A stretch of 64,000 nt of DNA from Podarcis pityusensis (Eukaryota): NCBI GenBank assembly GCA_964106645.2, contig OZ067040.1; one strand, written 5' to 3'. A program made the position numbers and the translations under genes. The notes beneath the pieces were generated by a model, which ran no database searches, had not been told where the DNA came from, and saw only the letters and a list, made by a program, of their open reading frames with translations. Positions 11,680 to 24,825 of the stretch are shown one piece after another (position 1 is the stretch's first letter; every line of letters starts with the position of its first letter).

Positions 11680-12331
11680 TCAACCAGTTATCAAGTCTGG
11701 GCGAGTTGTACTGTTCTCACTGGAGCCCACATCTTCATTAATGTCCATTTCATCACTGTCAAACACATCAAATTGTTCCTCATCTAAAGACCTACAAGTT
11801 CTGCTTTCTGCAGGTTCAAATGGTTCCACATCTCCCTCGCTGATAACAGTCATAGGGCTACTCTGGATCCTGTTTCGAACATTGTATTTGCTACTTGCAG
11901 CAGATGGTGGGGTTCGAGACCTGCCGTACCTGGCGCTGGAAAAGGACAGACTTCTTGGCATCAGGCCTTCGCTCTTGGCCCATTCTTCCTGGGCCCGTCT
12001 GCTCTTGGTAGGAGAACAACTTGTGCTACTGTCAGTGGGCTCCCAGGAAGAATCCGCCTTGGCTCTTTGAAACCTTGGGTCTGTGTTTTTTAGCATCTCT
12101 GCTGCTGACATGCGAGAACTGGTATCTGAACGGCTCCCTTTTTTAAGCAGTAGTGCCTTGAAGTTGTCATTGCTGGTGCTACTTTTGCGAATATTTCTTT
12201 GAATTGATCCTGCCTGTTTAAGGGAAGCCAGATTTGGAGAAGCACCAGTGGGTGTAACAGGGGGTGATGGCGAATGATTTCGGGTATGATCATCCTCAGA
12301 GTCTTTGCGGCCAAGGACTTTCCTTTTGGAT
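11680..12331 (-). CDS. NHSL1: NHSL1 terminal coding exon 8 (SKRKVLGRKDS...FKALLLKKGSRSD...RPDLITG*)
   Basis: Acceptor aatcatag|, in frame with ORF 11680..12111. Conserved motifs SKRKVLGRKDS, NFKALLLKKGS, EEWAKSEGLMPRS and PMTVISEG. Ends in TGA. Confidence 0.95.
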
Positions 12332-13678
12332 CTATGATTTTAATGTAGAAGAAAAACATAAAATCAGTATTAGCCTCTCACTTCAATGCTTTTCCTATTT
12401 CACATATGAATATTGTAACAAGCAAGCAGATGAATATAAGCTATTACAGAAATGAGTAGGAAGATACTGGAAACAGGAATGGTGACATTCTGATAACAGG
12501 AATCTTGTTCTGAACTATATTCTCCAGTACAGAACTGAATTAATCCAATTTACTTGCAAGTTACAATATTTCTTTTCTCATTAAAATTTTGCAAAGCAAA
12601 TATTTGAATCTTGCCAAATTGTATTTTCTTAATTAAAACAGCTTTCCAATATAGTAGCGTCCTCCAAATTAATATATTCTAGCTACACTTGTCAAGGTGT
12701 TCCAAATGAAATTGCCAAAGGGCATGAAATTAATGAAGCCTAAATGAAATCCACATGCTCTGTGGGGAGCTAGGAACATAAGAAGCATTTTACTGTATCA
12801 AAAGTAATTAGCACATGGGACATACTATGAAGCTTCATCTAAAAGCAGTTGCATTGACCTGCAAAGAAGGGAAAGGACATCCCTTAAAAACAACAAATTA
12901 ATTTGTATACAGGGGAAATCAGAAAGTGTATAGGATAAAACAAGGAGTTGGTAAGAGATTAACAAAGATGGTAAAGTACATGTAGTATTCCTTTCAAGTT
13001 AACACCAATCATATATTAATGCCGCCCAAACACTCCCAACACATTTAAAAATGGTACTGATAACAAAATAATATCGCTTTTGAAGAAAGCCTTATGCAGA
13101 TTCACAGTTCAGAAGAAAAGACTGAGCAGTATGTTCACTTGTCAGTCTCTGGGAAGAAACCTCAACCCAAGAGTCTTGGACTCTACTCTTGTGTGCCCCT
13201 TTGCCTATCCAGAGGGAGAACATAAATGGGCTGGACTGTTCTATATTTATTTAAATGCTATATATGTAACTGACTATGCAGTAAGTTTTTTTTTAAAAGG
13301 GGGGTTGCAGAGATACTGCATACAAACAAATACTGGAAAGTGGGTAAAATAAACATGCCTAAACTATTTGATGATACACATAGACATGCGTGCCTATACT
13401 GAAAATGAGTTTCCAGTAAAGTCTAGCATAGCAGTAGCCAAAATGCCCTCCAGATGTTGGAATCCAATTCCCATTATCCCTTATCATTGGCCATGTTGGA
13501 TGGGGGATGCTATGTTCATTACCCCTGGTTGGGGTACCGATAAAATCATTTTCAAACTGAAATGGCCAAGCCAAAGCTGGGATTTCAAGAAAAATTAGGG
13601 GAAGGGAAGGACCACCTTCTCCATGTTTATTTCAGTTCACTGAGAATGAGATCAGCTTGTTGGTTTAAGATCACAAAA

Positions 13679-13865
13679 GGACTACAGCTCAGTGGTAGAG
13701 CATTTGCTTTGCATGCAGAATGTTCCAGGTGCAAATGTTGGCATCTCCAGCTAGGCCTGAGAAGGACTCCTTACTGGAACCCTGGAGAGCCACTGCCAAA
13801 GTAGACAACACAGAACTAGATGGAACAAATATCTGACTCTGTGTGAAGCGGCTTCCTATGTTCCC
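13679..13865 (+). mobile_element. tRNA-derived squamate SINE (Squam3-like)
   Basis: Head AGCTCAGTGGTAGAGCA (A box), body ctggagagccactgcc, tail gcttcctatgttcc. Confidence 0.7.
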
Positions 13866-15823
13866 AAAATGCAGAAGAAAAACGAGAGCTATACGAATGT
13901 GGACTAGCAGATAAATTTGAAAATTTTGGGGTCAGCAGATGAAAGATATCTAGTACTATGTAACTAGTAAAAACATGTTTTCAGGACTTATTCTTATGTA
14001 CATTTCACACAAAATACAGAGTTTGTATAATTGTGCAATACAGACCAAGCCCCTTGCGAAAAACAAAGAACACCATCCATAGAAAATTAGATGTCCTTAA
14101 ACACAATTGAAAACTATGGGACATAACTACATTATAAAATTATGCCCACATTATTTTATTCTATGATTCTCTCCAGTCATAATTGGAAGTTTCATACGAC
14201 ATTCACAGCTGAAGTTTGCACTGTGATACACAACAGCATGAAAAGTAAACACCAACTTGGGGTGTTATCAGTTAATGCATGTGGGATGTATCCTCACTCA
14301 GTATCTAATTTGAAACTGGCTGTGCAATCACATCTCAGGTGTTTCCAGAGGATGTTTGCCAGTTTTGTAGTTAACATGCTCAGGGCTTGTTTGTTCTTTT
14401 ACAAGGAAGACTGGGGAGGAAAGGTGAGAGAAGAATGTAAACACTCTTCCCCTACTCACAAATGCAATCTGTGTGTCACATATATACACTGTTCTTTTCC
14501 CACACAAAGATGAATGTTTCTGTGTATAATTGAATCCAAGAGTTATTTAGGTGTATCCATGGACTTGCTATGTGTGGAGGGAATTGTATATTTTCTCTAA
14601 ATATAGCAGACTCCTGTGCCATATTGCAATTCACTTCCTTTCAGTGCCTTTTGGAACTAGTTGAGTGGTGTCTTCAGTCTTGGCTTATATATGTTTAGTA
14701 ATGGGAAATATGTAGGGTAGTGGGAAACACGTTACTCTGAAATGCACAATTGTTTGCCATGAAAGGATATCTTCCTAGAAGCAAAACTTTTCTACCCTGC
14801 AATATTTAACACAACAATATATGAACTGTACAATATATAAACATGATCCAAAGTTCCCAACACAGAACATTCCTCTACTCACATAACCTAATGAGAACAT
14901 ATTTGTGCCACTTTCAATTACACTCCCCGAAGATGTTCCAATTCGTAGGGGAAAAAATCACCACAAGGTGGCACCAGTAACACACATTAGATATTCTAAG
15001 TCAAGATAAGTCACTTTCTTTTTAGGGCATTTCCTGTCTGCCCCCTCTAGCTAAAGGTATCTGTAGATCTGTAAGGTATCTGAAGATCTGTAATCAAAGA
15101 TACTGTCTAAAGAACTATAATTATTTGTAGAGAATCATTTGCATTTATTTAGCCCTGTGAAATATGTAATATTTGCTCATCCGTTGAACTTCCTTCCTTC
15201 CTTTAATCAGGAGAGAATGATTGGGGTTAGTCTGTATTGCACATTTGAAATGACAGATCTGTGTGTCACAGAAATAGCTCATCTTCAACTGGATTATGGC
15301 AATCTATAATCCAGCTACTGTCATATGTTTTGCCATATGACGGATAGATCATGTTTACTTGCCAGTTTAAGCCAAGCTTGCCATGAAGTATTAGAGTTGA
15401 GCCTCTGTCCCAAACTGCACCATATAATCAGCAGAGAAGAGGGGGGAAAAGAATGGAGGGTAGAGGAAATGAAAACAAAAAGATACACAAAGAAAGCAAT
15501 AGTATATGTTAAATTGCAGATTTGAGAGAAACAGTACAATACAAACAAGGGATCACTTGACATTCACAGAAGGGCCAGAGGCTGACAGTTTTACCAAACT
15601 TGATTTTGCTGCCAGCAAAGTTTAGTTTCAGAATTAGTTGATTGCAAAGCAATGAAAGGTGCATATATGAATAATCTATTTTAACTACGTATTACCAGAA
15701 ACTAAAGTGAATTTCTTTGAAAAATAAAATAATAATCGTTAGCATTACATATTATGTAAGATATATTTAAAACTCTTAAGGGATAATGGATAAAGCAACA
15801 CAAATAAGGGAATTAAACAATAC

Positions 15824-15953
15824 CTGTGAATGGCTGCAAACAGATCCTCAGTAGTCCTTGGTCTGGCTGGCACTGCCACCACCTCACTCTCTTCTCCATA
15901 ACTAGGGCTTTGCAGTAAAAAGCTGCTTGCTGCATCTGATTCAAACCCCTCAG
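15824..15953 (-). CDS. NHSL1: NHSL1 exon 7 (AEGFESDAAS...RPRTTEDLFAAIHR)
   Basis: Acceptor gcattttag|, donor CAG|GTATTG, 130 nt, phase 1 to 2. Contains the RTTEDLFAxIHR motif. Confidence 0.93.
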
Positions 15954-16461
15954 CTAAAATGCAATAAGTAAGAAAATTATGTGGGATTATAAACTCGCAA
16001 TATCTGAAGAGTTAAGTAGCCAACAGGGCAATAAAGTCTGTAAATTTCCCTAAAAATACACAACACAGCCATGCTTCTGCCTTTTTACTGACGGCAACAA
16101 CAAAATTATTTTGAGTAACTACATTCTGTGCAAAGCTATTTATTTGCTTACAAGGAACATAACACTGACATTTCTGGATTCCCTAATCCCCACCCCATGG
16201 CCATCATTACTGTCTCAGTTTAAAAATCAACACAACAGAGATTTGGTTGAGAAATCCCCCTTGACAATTGTTCCCCTTAAATAAAGAAGGCAGTGCAGAT
16301 TCTTTACACACCATTAGCCCAAGTTCTATTATTTCCCTTAGGATCTGCATGCATTTGCACTGAGAGTGTTACACTGATGCCAATGCTGCAGCCCTCCCTA
16401 TCCCACTCCCAAATAGGTCTAGTCACTAAATATACTGGATGAAAACAGAAAACAGACTCAC

Positions 16462-19400
16462 CACTTTCATCCCCTTGAGATGCATGCCCGTCTCCTCTAG
16501 AGACACTGTCTCCAATTCTGTTGGAACTGCTTCGTTCGCACAAGCAAGGCTGCTCCTCCTGCTTGGGCTGCAGCGCAGAAACGCTGACTTCCAGTGTCTC
16601 ACAGGAGGTGGGACCTGCAGCTCCTCCTTCTGGAACCAGGCTGCCAGAGTCCATTTCATAGGAGCAGAGTCCATCTGTAGGATAATCCTCAGCCTGGCTG
16701 TACTGTGCAATGGCAGCACCCCCTGAAGCGATTCTGACTGTTTCACCCACTCCAGCTATTTTTTCTGCTGTAACATCGGGTTGTGGGGGTGGCACAATCA
16801 GGAACAGTTTGGGTTTCTTTGAAACAGGTGGCGGCTTCTTGTTTGGCGATACACCCTGAGGCTTGTTGAGACATCCTGGCTGTCCCTCAAGAGATGAGCT
16901 TGCAAGATCAGAGCAAAAACCCTGTGCTGCTTCTTCAACACTGGCTGGTGGTAAATCACTGGCAAAGGAATTAGCTAGACTGCCTGCATTTCCAGGCACT
17001 GTACTACTCGAAAGTTCATAGTTACCACAGAGTCCTGGATAAGATCTCTGATTAGGACTGTAAACAAAGGTATTGTCAAAAGCACCATGGGGTTTCACTT
17101 CACCTTCTTCCAGGCTGTCGCAGTGTCCTACTGATACACCTGGTTTTATAGGCAGCTGTCCTGAAAGCACATCAGTTGATTTTTCCTGAGAATTTATGTC
17201 AGAAGCAGATTCAACTGGCTGTTCAACCTCTGACACCACAGTTTTCTTCACGGACCTCAGCTGTACCATTTGCAGTGCTTGGGTGGTTACTAGAGGCATT
17301 GAAGGCCTGGCGGGATCCTCCTTTTTCAAGGATGCTCTCTTTATTGTACTGTGAGAAGAACCTTCCTGATTATATTTCTTCAAAGAACATGGTACATTTT
17401 TGTATGCACCTTTTGTGAGTCTGGGGTCCAAGGGGGGTGCTGGTGGAGGAACTGAAGTAGGGACAGGAGGTGGAAGGGGAGGAGATGGAACAGGCGGTGA
17501 CGAGGGAGAGAAATGATCCAACGAAGGTTCTTGCGGTAGGTAATTAAACCATGGGATACTTTGAGAAAACGACATGTTTATAACCGCTTCTGGTGGAGGC
17601 GGTGGGAAGTTGGGAGATCCAGGGGGAGGCGGCAGATCCACAACATCTGTTGAGGGAGGTGGTGGTGGTGGAAGAAGGTACTCAGAAGAGTCTGGAGACG
17701 AAACCAGAGGGAAGCTTGGGCCAGAGTCAGATTTCTTCACACTCCCACTCCCTTCAGCAGATGTATTAGAAGAGAGGGATGTGGAGGAGGAAGACACTGA
17801 AACCGAAGACAGAAGGGATGACTTTCTTTCAGGCACTTTAGGTTTCATCTTGGGTTTCCCGTTTCCTGTTGACATAGATTTCAGAATGACAGGCACTGGT
17901 GTAACTGCTGTGGGTGTGTTGGATTGGCTAGAATACCCACTAGATGGTGATGTAACCCTATGTGGCTTTTCTGGAGAAGTGGTCTTTGGTTTGGCCAACC
18001 CGCTGGGCACCTGTGGTGTAGAAGCCCTTGACCCATCGTTAAGGCGGCTGACGTTATAATCATTTAGCCTGGGTCCAGCATTAGCCGAATGAACTACTGG
18101 GGATTTCAGCTGATCCTCCGGCATCCCAGGACAATCGCTGTAGTAGCCCCACTGGTCAGCATACTCTGACCTGATGCTGCTCGTCTCGCTCTGGGAGGGT
18201 GTGACAGTACAGATGGAGTACATGTTCAGGCCTGTTCCAGACATCATGCTGCTACTGGCGCTCACCGAGCTCTGACTACGAGAGCGTAGCACCCAAGGGT
18301 CATCATAATCACTGCAGGGGCTTTGAGATGGTGAGCTGCCATTTTTGCACTTGAGGTTCAACTGTAGGGAGTGTTGGAGGCTAGCAATCAACATGTCATC
18401 CAATACCTGCCCATTGGACTGAGTTTTCTTCTTGGGGATCCTTCTAAGAGAGTCTGTTCGGGATGGCGGCAGAGGCGGTTTCTTTGCCTTTTTAAAGGAT
18501 ATGCTTCGTGAGAGGGATTTGTCGCTGTAATTCGACAAGTCTCCCAGAGATTTCTTCTCAGTGCCATCAAACACATTAATGACACTGTGCCTGGGGTTTC
18601 CAAAGCCGTTATTGCTATTGCAAGTTTTGCCAGACTTGAGTCCCGAGTCCATGTGCATGGAAGTGTAATAGCCATCATGGTCCACAGAATATAAAGAGCT
18701 TGAGTCTTCTTTGGCAGAGACTCTTTCAAGGCTGCTGGTACTCAAGTTGCTCACAGGCGTGGAGCAGCCTGGAGTGGCACAGTTTAGTTTGTGTAACAAC
18801 ACCTCTTCCTTTCCAGAGCGCTTCAAACCACAGTGCTCTGTGCTGTTCTGAACCTGGCTCTGTGTTTTGTCAACAGAGTAATTTGATTCACTCCTACTGT
18901 CACTGTCCTGAGAGTGGGTTGGAAAACTGAGATTATTCCTACTGCTGTAGGTCACACTTTGAGGGGCATTTTCCACAGCTCCTGCACCAGTGAGAGAGAC
19001 TCCTGAATCTCCAAGACTGAGCACCATTGCAGCATTCGATGAAACAGCAGTGTCTGAGGAACGCGAGTGGTGTGTTGAACTGGTCTCGCTCCAGGTCCCA
19101 CTAGAGGAATGCTGTTGATCTTTTGTGCCTACCATGCTGTTGACAACAAGATTGTCTCTAGGTTTTGTATATGAAGAAGGGTGGGTGATTTTACTATCCA
19201 TCGCGCCCGCACTCTGTGCGGTGTGAATCACAATAACCTCTGAAGAGGATGATAGGGTTGCATTTGGTATAATGCTGGTTGAATACATACTGTGTGGAGA
19301 GACCATGCATGCTAGACTTTCTGTTTGGTCACTCTCAGAGCCCTTTACCTCTTGGGACTTTGGCCTTTGAAGCATACCTGTCCTACTGTTGTTCCTCATG

Positions 19401-19833
19401 TGGTCTATGCTATCATCCACTTGCAGTTTGCTTATCTGGTGTGACAGTGCTCCACCTTCTGTTGACTTAGACAGGCTATGTCTACGTTCCAGGAACTGTA
19501 GGGACACCCTTGCCCCAGACCGAGGTAGACTATGAAAACCCAGGTCATTGTTTAGGCGGGAGGCAAACACAACCCCAGCGGAATCACTCATCACAGACAT
19601 GTTTCCAGAAGAACTGGACAATTGTGACATCTGGGCTGCAATTCCTTGACCTTTCTGGGCACGTATTCGCCTCACTGAAGGTGGCACCACTTTGACTTCC
19701 TCCGTCTGACAGCCGGAGTCCTTGGTGTCAGACTGCTGCATGGAAGAGTGATAGCTATCAAGCCTTCCTAGTGTGGAATAGTGGTCAGGGACGCATAATG
19801 AATGGCCACGGAAGTCGTTTTTACCAGTGCCAA
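16462..19833 (-). CDS. NHSL1: NHSL1 exon 6 (giant 3372-nt Ser/Pro-rich exon)
   Basis: Contains most of the 1145-aa ORF 16304..19741. Acceptor ttccaacag| at 19834, donor GTG|GTGAGT at 16461. NHS-family blocks DGYYTSMH.DSGLK, KKAKKPPLPPSRTDSLRR, RVTSPSSGYSSQSNTPT and KPKVPERKSSL. Confidence 0.96.
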
Positions 19834-22800
19834 CTGTTGGAAGTTAAAATAAAACAATTATTATACACATCAAGATTTCACATTTAAGCTCCTGTGTTCA
19901 TTAACAAAACATGTATCAAAAAGTTGTTTCCTTGGATTTTTCAAATATGCTTCATTGTTTCGTTTCAAATATAAATAAGAACCTGAGTCTGTTTACAGTC
20001 AAACTAGGACTACTCTCCAGTCACGTCACTCAGATAAAAAACAAACAAAACCCCTGATAGACAAGAATAGCTGTTATTAAATAACCAACAGGCTAAAGGC
20101 CAACTGGGAACAATCAATACTATCCTACTAGGCTGCCTGCACACTTCACTTTAAATAATAGCAGCTGCAGCTATTGTAGCACTCAGCAGACCATAATTTA
20201 AGTCACAACGTACAGGAACTTATTTATGTTACATATATATAATATATTACCCTATCCCCAGTGTGAAAAATGAAGAAAATAAAGAACAAGCAAAGCGTGT
20301 CTCAGTCCTTGTTCTTTGCAAACTATGTCTTGGCTGCTGCACCTTCCATTCAAAAGCACCATGGGATTCCAGGAAATTCAAGCAATTCCATACAAACTCT
20401 TTTTCTATATTATTATCTACTTGAATCATGAAATGTTTATTTTTGGGACCTTGCACTATACCACAGGAGAAAAATAAAGTGCTAACAATTGCTTTTTAAA
20501 ACCACTGACCTCTTTAAAGGAACAAATTGAAATATATTTAAACACATTAAAAGAAGAAATTCTAAAGGCCTGCCCAAGTTTCTAAGAACTATTTCATCTA
20601 TGTATTAATACTTAGCATAGCAACATCTACATTGTTCTTTGAGGAAGAACAAAAGGCAGGGAGAATAGTGTTGCTCACCTACTGAAGCAGTGTCTACTGC
20701 CTAATTAGACAATGGCTTCTGTCTGCGATGCAGGTGGAGGGAGACAAAGCACAAGGCAAGGTACAGACAGAATTGCAAGAGAGTCATCTCACAGCAAATC
20801 CAACTCTCATTCTTTCAAGTTGACCAGTGACAGGAGGAGGACTTGCAAATCTAATATTAAATTAACAAAATTATTTTCAAACTTCCTGTCTTCTGGCTGC
20901 CCCTTCCCCAATGGCAAGTGCTTGCACATCATTCGACCATAGTTAAAGGGTTTGTCCACATTTGAGCATTATTTAGCTGTGAGTCCCCCATTCAAAGCAG
21001 TCTACACTCGCCCATATTTGAATTTTTATGGCTGTCCCTGCCTTCTGATTTGCTGATTTTATAATGCCAATTAACTACTGACAGGCACACTTCTTGTGTG
21101 TGTTTTTTTCAAATACTCCACATTTTTAAAATGTGGGTTGCTTGACGTTTTCTGGTTTCATGCAAATCTAAGTGTTATGTCCAAAAGGGGACTTGTGGTT
21201 TGTTTTTCCCAAACAAACCATGAGCCAAACCATGGCTTAGCTCCCAGTAGCAAAGCCACATTAGGAACGGGGAAGGTGCAAATTGACCAAGATTTTTGTC
21301 CTGTGCACCAGCATGCTATACGCTAAATCTTAACTATGGTTTAAAATGATGAAAGAACCAGGTCAGTGATATCGGCTGAAGAATGCTCTTATTCCTGCCG
21401 AAGAAAACAAGTTATTATGGAATCATGCCGAAGTACATACAAACAGTTCACATGGAATGCTGATTTCATCATTGCCAATGGTGAACTGAGAGTCAAACCA
21501 TGAACCGACATTCTCTTGCTGTTGTCCATTGCTGAAGGAGATCGGTAGTAGTGAGCAGTCTTTCAAGGAATGTTGTTTGCCACCATTATTTTTATTTTTA
21601 TTATTACCCCAACAAGCTTGAAAGTCACTGACTTGAATGCACTTGAGATCACCGCACTGTATACTTAAATATATATCTGCACTGAAATTCTATCAAAATA
21701 GCATTTTCTTCTGTCCAAATTATGCTACGATGTAAAAAAGAGGTGGGGGAAAGTTTGGTATCTGAAATGCTGCAGGTCCGCCATTGACAAATGCAGCCAT
21801 TTTGGAATGCTTCTGAGCAGCTCTTGCGGGTTTTTTATGGCATGTCAGATAAGGAGCTCCCTTCCCAGAGCCTTTCAATTCTCTTAATTGTTGAATGCAA
21901 GTGGACTGTGAAGAGTAAGGTCATTCTTCCCCATAAAATTTAATAGCTGTTTAAGTCATATTCACTTCTTGTTTTTCTTGGCATACAACAAAACACTGGC
22001 ATCGGAGAGAATGGAGGATGGAGGGAAAGTTAAGGACAATGCCATTTATGAAACATTAACCTGCTTTCAAATAAAATCAAACCTTTACACATGTTTTTGT
22101 GCATTTTGCCTGCTTTTAAAGTTTTCCAAAAAGCATAAATTGAAGCCCTGCTTCAGCAAAGTCAGTGTGGTTTTAGCTAGAACTTCAAGGCAGCTAGAAT
22201 TTGACCTTTAGACTTTTTTTTCTACCACAATGGGCTCAAGTGAGAAATTACATTATGTCCCTTCAATGCTGGCAAGCAGCTTGATAATTCTCAAAAACAG
22301 AGTTTTATCAAAATGACTATAGGCACAAAGGCCAATCAAGTAAGAAAGATAGGACTTGTAAGAGAGGTTTATTTATTCTATATTGATCAGCATGAGTCAA
22401 TGTTAGCTGTAACTGAAAATAAACACCTTCTCTGGGTGATGTTCTAATGTAATCAGTTTCCTGAATATGATACAAATTCAGATTTTTCCAACAACAAAAG
22501 TTGTCAGTCCATAAGTTAAGTTTCAGTTACTAAATTCCAAGTTATCATTGTAACTACTGCTTAAATATGTACTTAGACTAATGTATTTATTTGTGGCATT
22601 TTTTCACTACTCTTCTCGAAGAGACTCAAAGCACTTTAAAATATATATTGTAGCATAATGTTTTTTAAAAAAGCATTTCTGGCATAAATGGATACTTTTA
22701 ATATTCTACTCATGTTTCTCTTATTCACAGAACTGTATGTGAAATCCCGAGAACTTGTCAGGGGAATTTTGAGTTTCATATTGACAGATTATGAAACCAG

Positions 22801-24438
22801 AGATTCATCTCAAATTCTTTAACAGAAAAATTAAATGCCAAATTATGTAAGATATTATTAATTAGGAAAGTATAATAAGATATCTAGTGTTGAAGAGCAA
22901 TCCTCCTCAAGAAGAAGCCAAATTGCAAACTGCCAGTTTCCCTTTAGTTCTTGGCTGCAATACTGGGCCTTACCCTGCCCTTTAATGCTAGGGCAAGTAG
23001 CCCAAATAGTGTTGTGCTCCTTCCATGTTGAAGGATAGGAAAACACCATGTAGATATCATTTACTTGCTTTAAATTACAGGATAAAGTCCAACAGTGCAG
23101 TCCATAATAGGCTATCAGGAGCAGTGGGGATTCACCCACCCTCCCAGTACCCTTTAAAACAAGGAGATAAGTTACACTAGCCAGAAAAACTCAGCACAGA
23201 GCTATGATGGTTATATTGCAGACTGTCTCTTCTGAATGTGAGTAAGCAAGCATGCAAGCACAAGAGAGGGAGCCAAGGGTGGTAGCTGCCAATATAATGA
23301 AGTTTGGGGTCAGGAAAAAGACTACTGGGTTCTTCAAATACCAAAGGTCAGGTGGGTAGAGGTTTTAGAGGAGAAGGAGCAACCAGAGGTTTGCCTGCAC
23401 TAATTTGTAGGCCAATGGAGCTCGCCTACACCAAAGCTACAGAAGGAACACAGGACATCATGGCTGGAAAAAATGTATAGGAAGTTCCTTTAAGTCCCAC
23501 AACCCAATGGAACTGCCATCAAGTTGCATGCAACTGGCATGACTCCATGCCAAATGAGGGCAGAATTTCACTGGCACCATTGCAGACACCAATAAAACTT
23601 CTAAGACATAGGATGAACACTGTAACTTGCACTGTGCGTGGGCTTTTCTGTGTGTCAAGTAATTTCTGCATAGCAATTCAGTATGTCAGCACAAGCCTTC
23701 CTAAATGTGGGTTTGTGGTGCCATGGTGTAAAATCAAAGCTTCCATGTTGGGAGATGGCCACAAATACATGGATTTCAAAACAGCCATGTCGCAGCTACT
23801 TGAATTACAGGGAGCCTAGAATGTCTACTAAGCGTTCAAGTGAACAAGTGGGAAGATAATTGTCTCAAGCTGGCTATGAAGAGAATGAAAGCTATCTACA
23901 CTTTTGTTGTTGTTAGGAAAGGGAAAAAAATTGAAGTGACAGAATACAGACAAGGCTCTAGCCTAAAAAGGGCCTTAGCTTATGCCCATTACATTCATGT
24001 TTGCCAAGAAGGAATGGCTGGAGATGGAAGTTATTTATGGTTAAGTTCTTTGGTCAAACAAATGACAAACCCAGAAGACCTCAAATATGATAACTGCTGT
24101 AGTGAATATTTATGTTCCAAATATGGATTCTCCTATAGCATTTCACAAATGTTTGACCATTTGACTGATAAGACTTATGATCAGATGGTAAGTGGGGAAG
24201 TTTTTAATGAGATTCTGGAACCAATTTTAGACAGCAGTACTCCTCCTAGTAAAATCCAATCTTCAGTGAAAAATGAAGGAAATGTGAGACTGACATGCTC
24301 AAATTTAATTGTAAGAAATATCTTTAAGACCAAGGGAATAAAAACAACTGAAAACAACTCTAAAATTCTTATAGATTTTTACTCTCCCAGTACATAATTT
24401 CAGAAAATTGCAGCTTTGCATGGCATTCAGTAAATTCA

Positions 24439-24478
24439 GTTTGTTTGTTTGTTTGTTTGTTTGTTTGTTTGTTTGTTT
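24439..24478. repeat. (GTTT)10 microsatellite
   Basis: Seen directly. Confidence 0.95.
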
Positions 24479-24693
24479 AAAAAGACAGAACTTTAATTTC
24501 CAGGTGGGCAAATTGATCGGTTTAAGCATACACTATTTATTCTTTCCTAGTGGTCAGGCATACATTCATTTTAACTTTTAATAGGCTATCAGACTGTATT
24601 GACTTCATGAGCGTGGGGTAAATGTTATGAGTTTAGTCACAGTAAGCAAGATAATTATTAATTGTAATGGAATACAGTTCTGATGAGCCATAC

Positions 24694-24825
24694 CTAGCTC
24701 TCTTTGGATGTTGTCAGGGACTCCTGTAATAGTCTTTCTCCTTTTCACTTTCTTCGGCCGCCTTACCACAGTATCTGTGTAAATTAGAGACCTCCGTATG
24801 CTGGCTTGGCGGTCAAAATTCTCCC
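24694..24825 (-). CDS. NHSL1: NHSL1 exon 5 (GENFDRQASIRRSLIYTDTVVRRPKKVKRRKTITGVPDNIQREL)
   Basis: Acceptor tgtacatcag|, donor TAG|GTATGG, 132 nt, symmetric phase 1. Confidence 0.95.

Noticed and set aside
13679-13750. tRNA-like sequences (also 38256-38330)
   Set aside because: Degenerate SINE heads followed by SINE bodies and tails. They do not form intact cloverleafs.
16304-16461. C-terminal tail of the 1145-aa ORF (ESVFCFHPV...WANGV)
   Set aside because: Read-through past the consensus donor GTG|GTGAGT into the intron. Conserved coding sequence resumes in exon 7.
17574-18059. 161-aa + strand ORF (also 11675..12070)
   Set aside because: Antisense shadows of NHSL1 Pro/Ser-rich coding exons.
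21150-21365. Possible old non-autonomous DNA transposon (aaaccatg/tggttt repeats); similar vague remnants at ~9470-9680 and ~49912-50100
   Set aside because: Too degraded to define termini, TSD or family from sequence alone.
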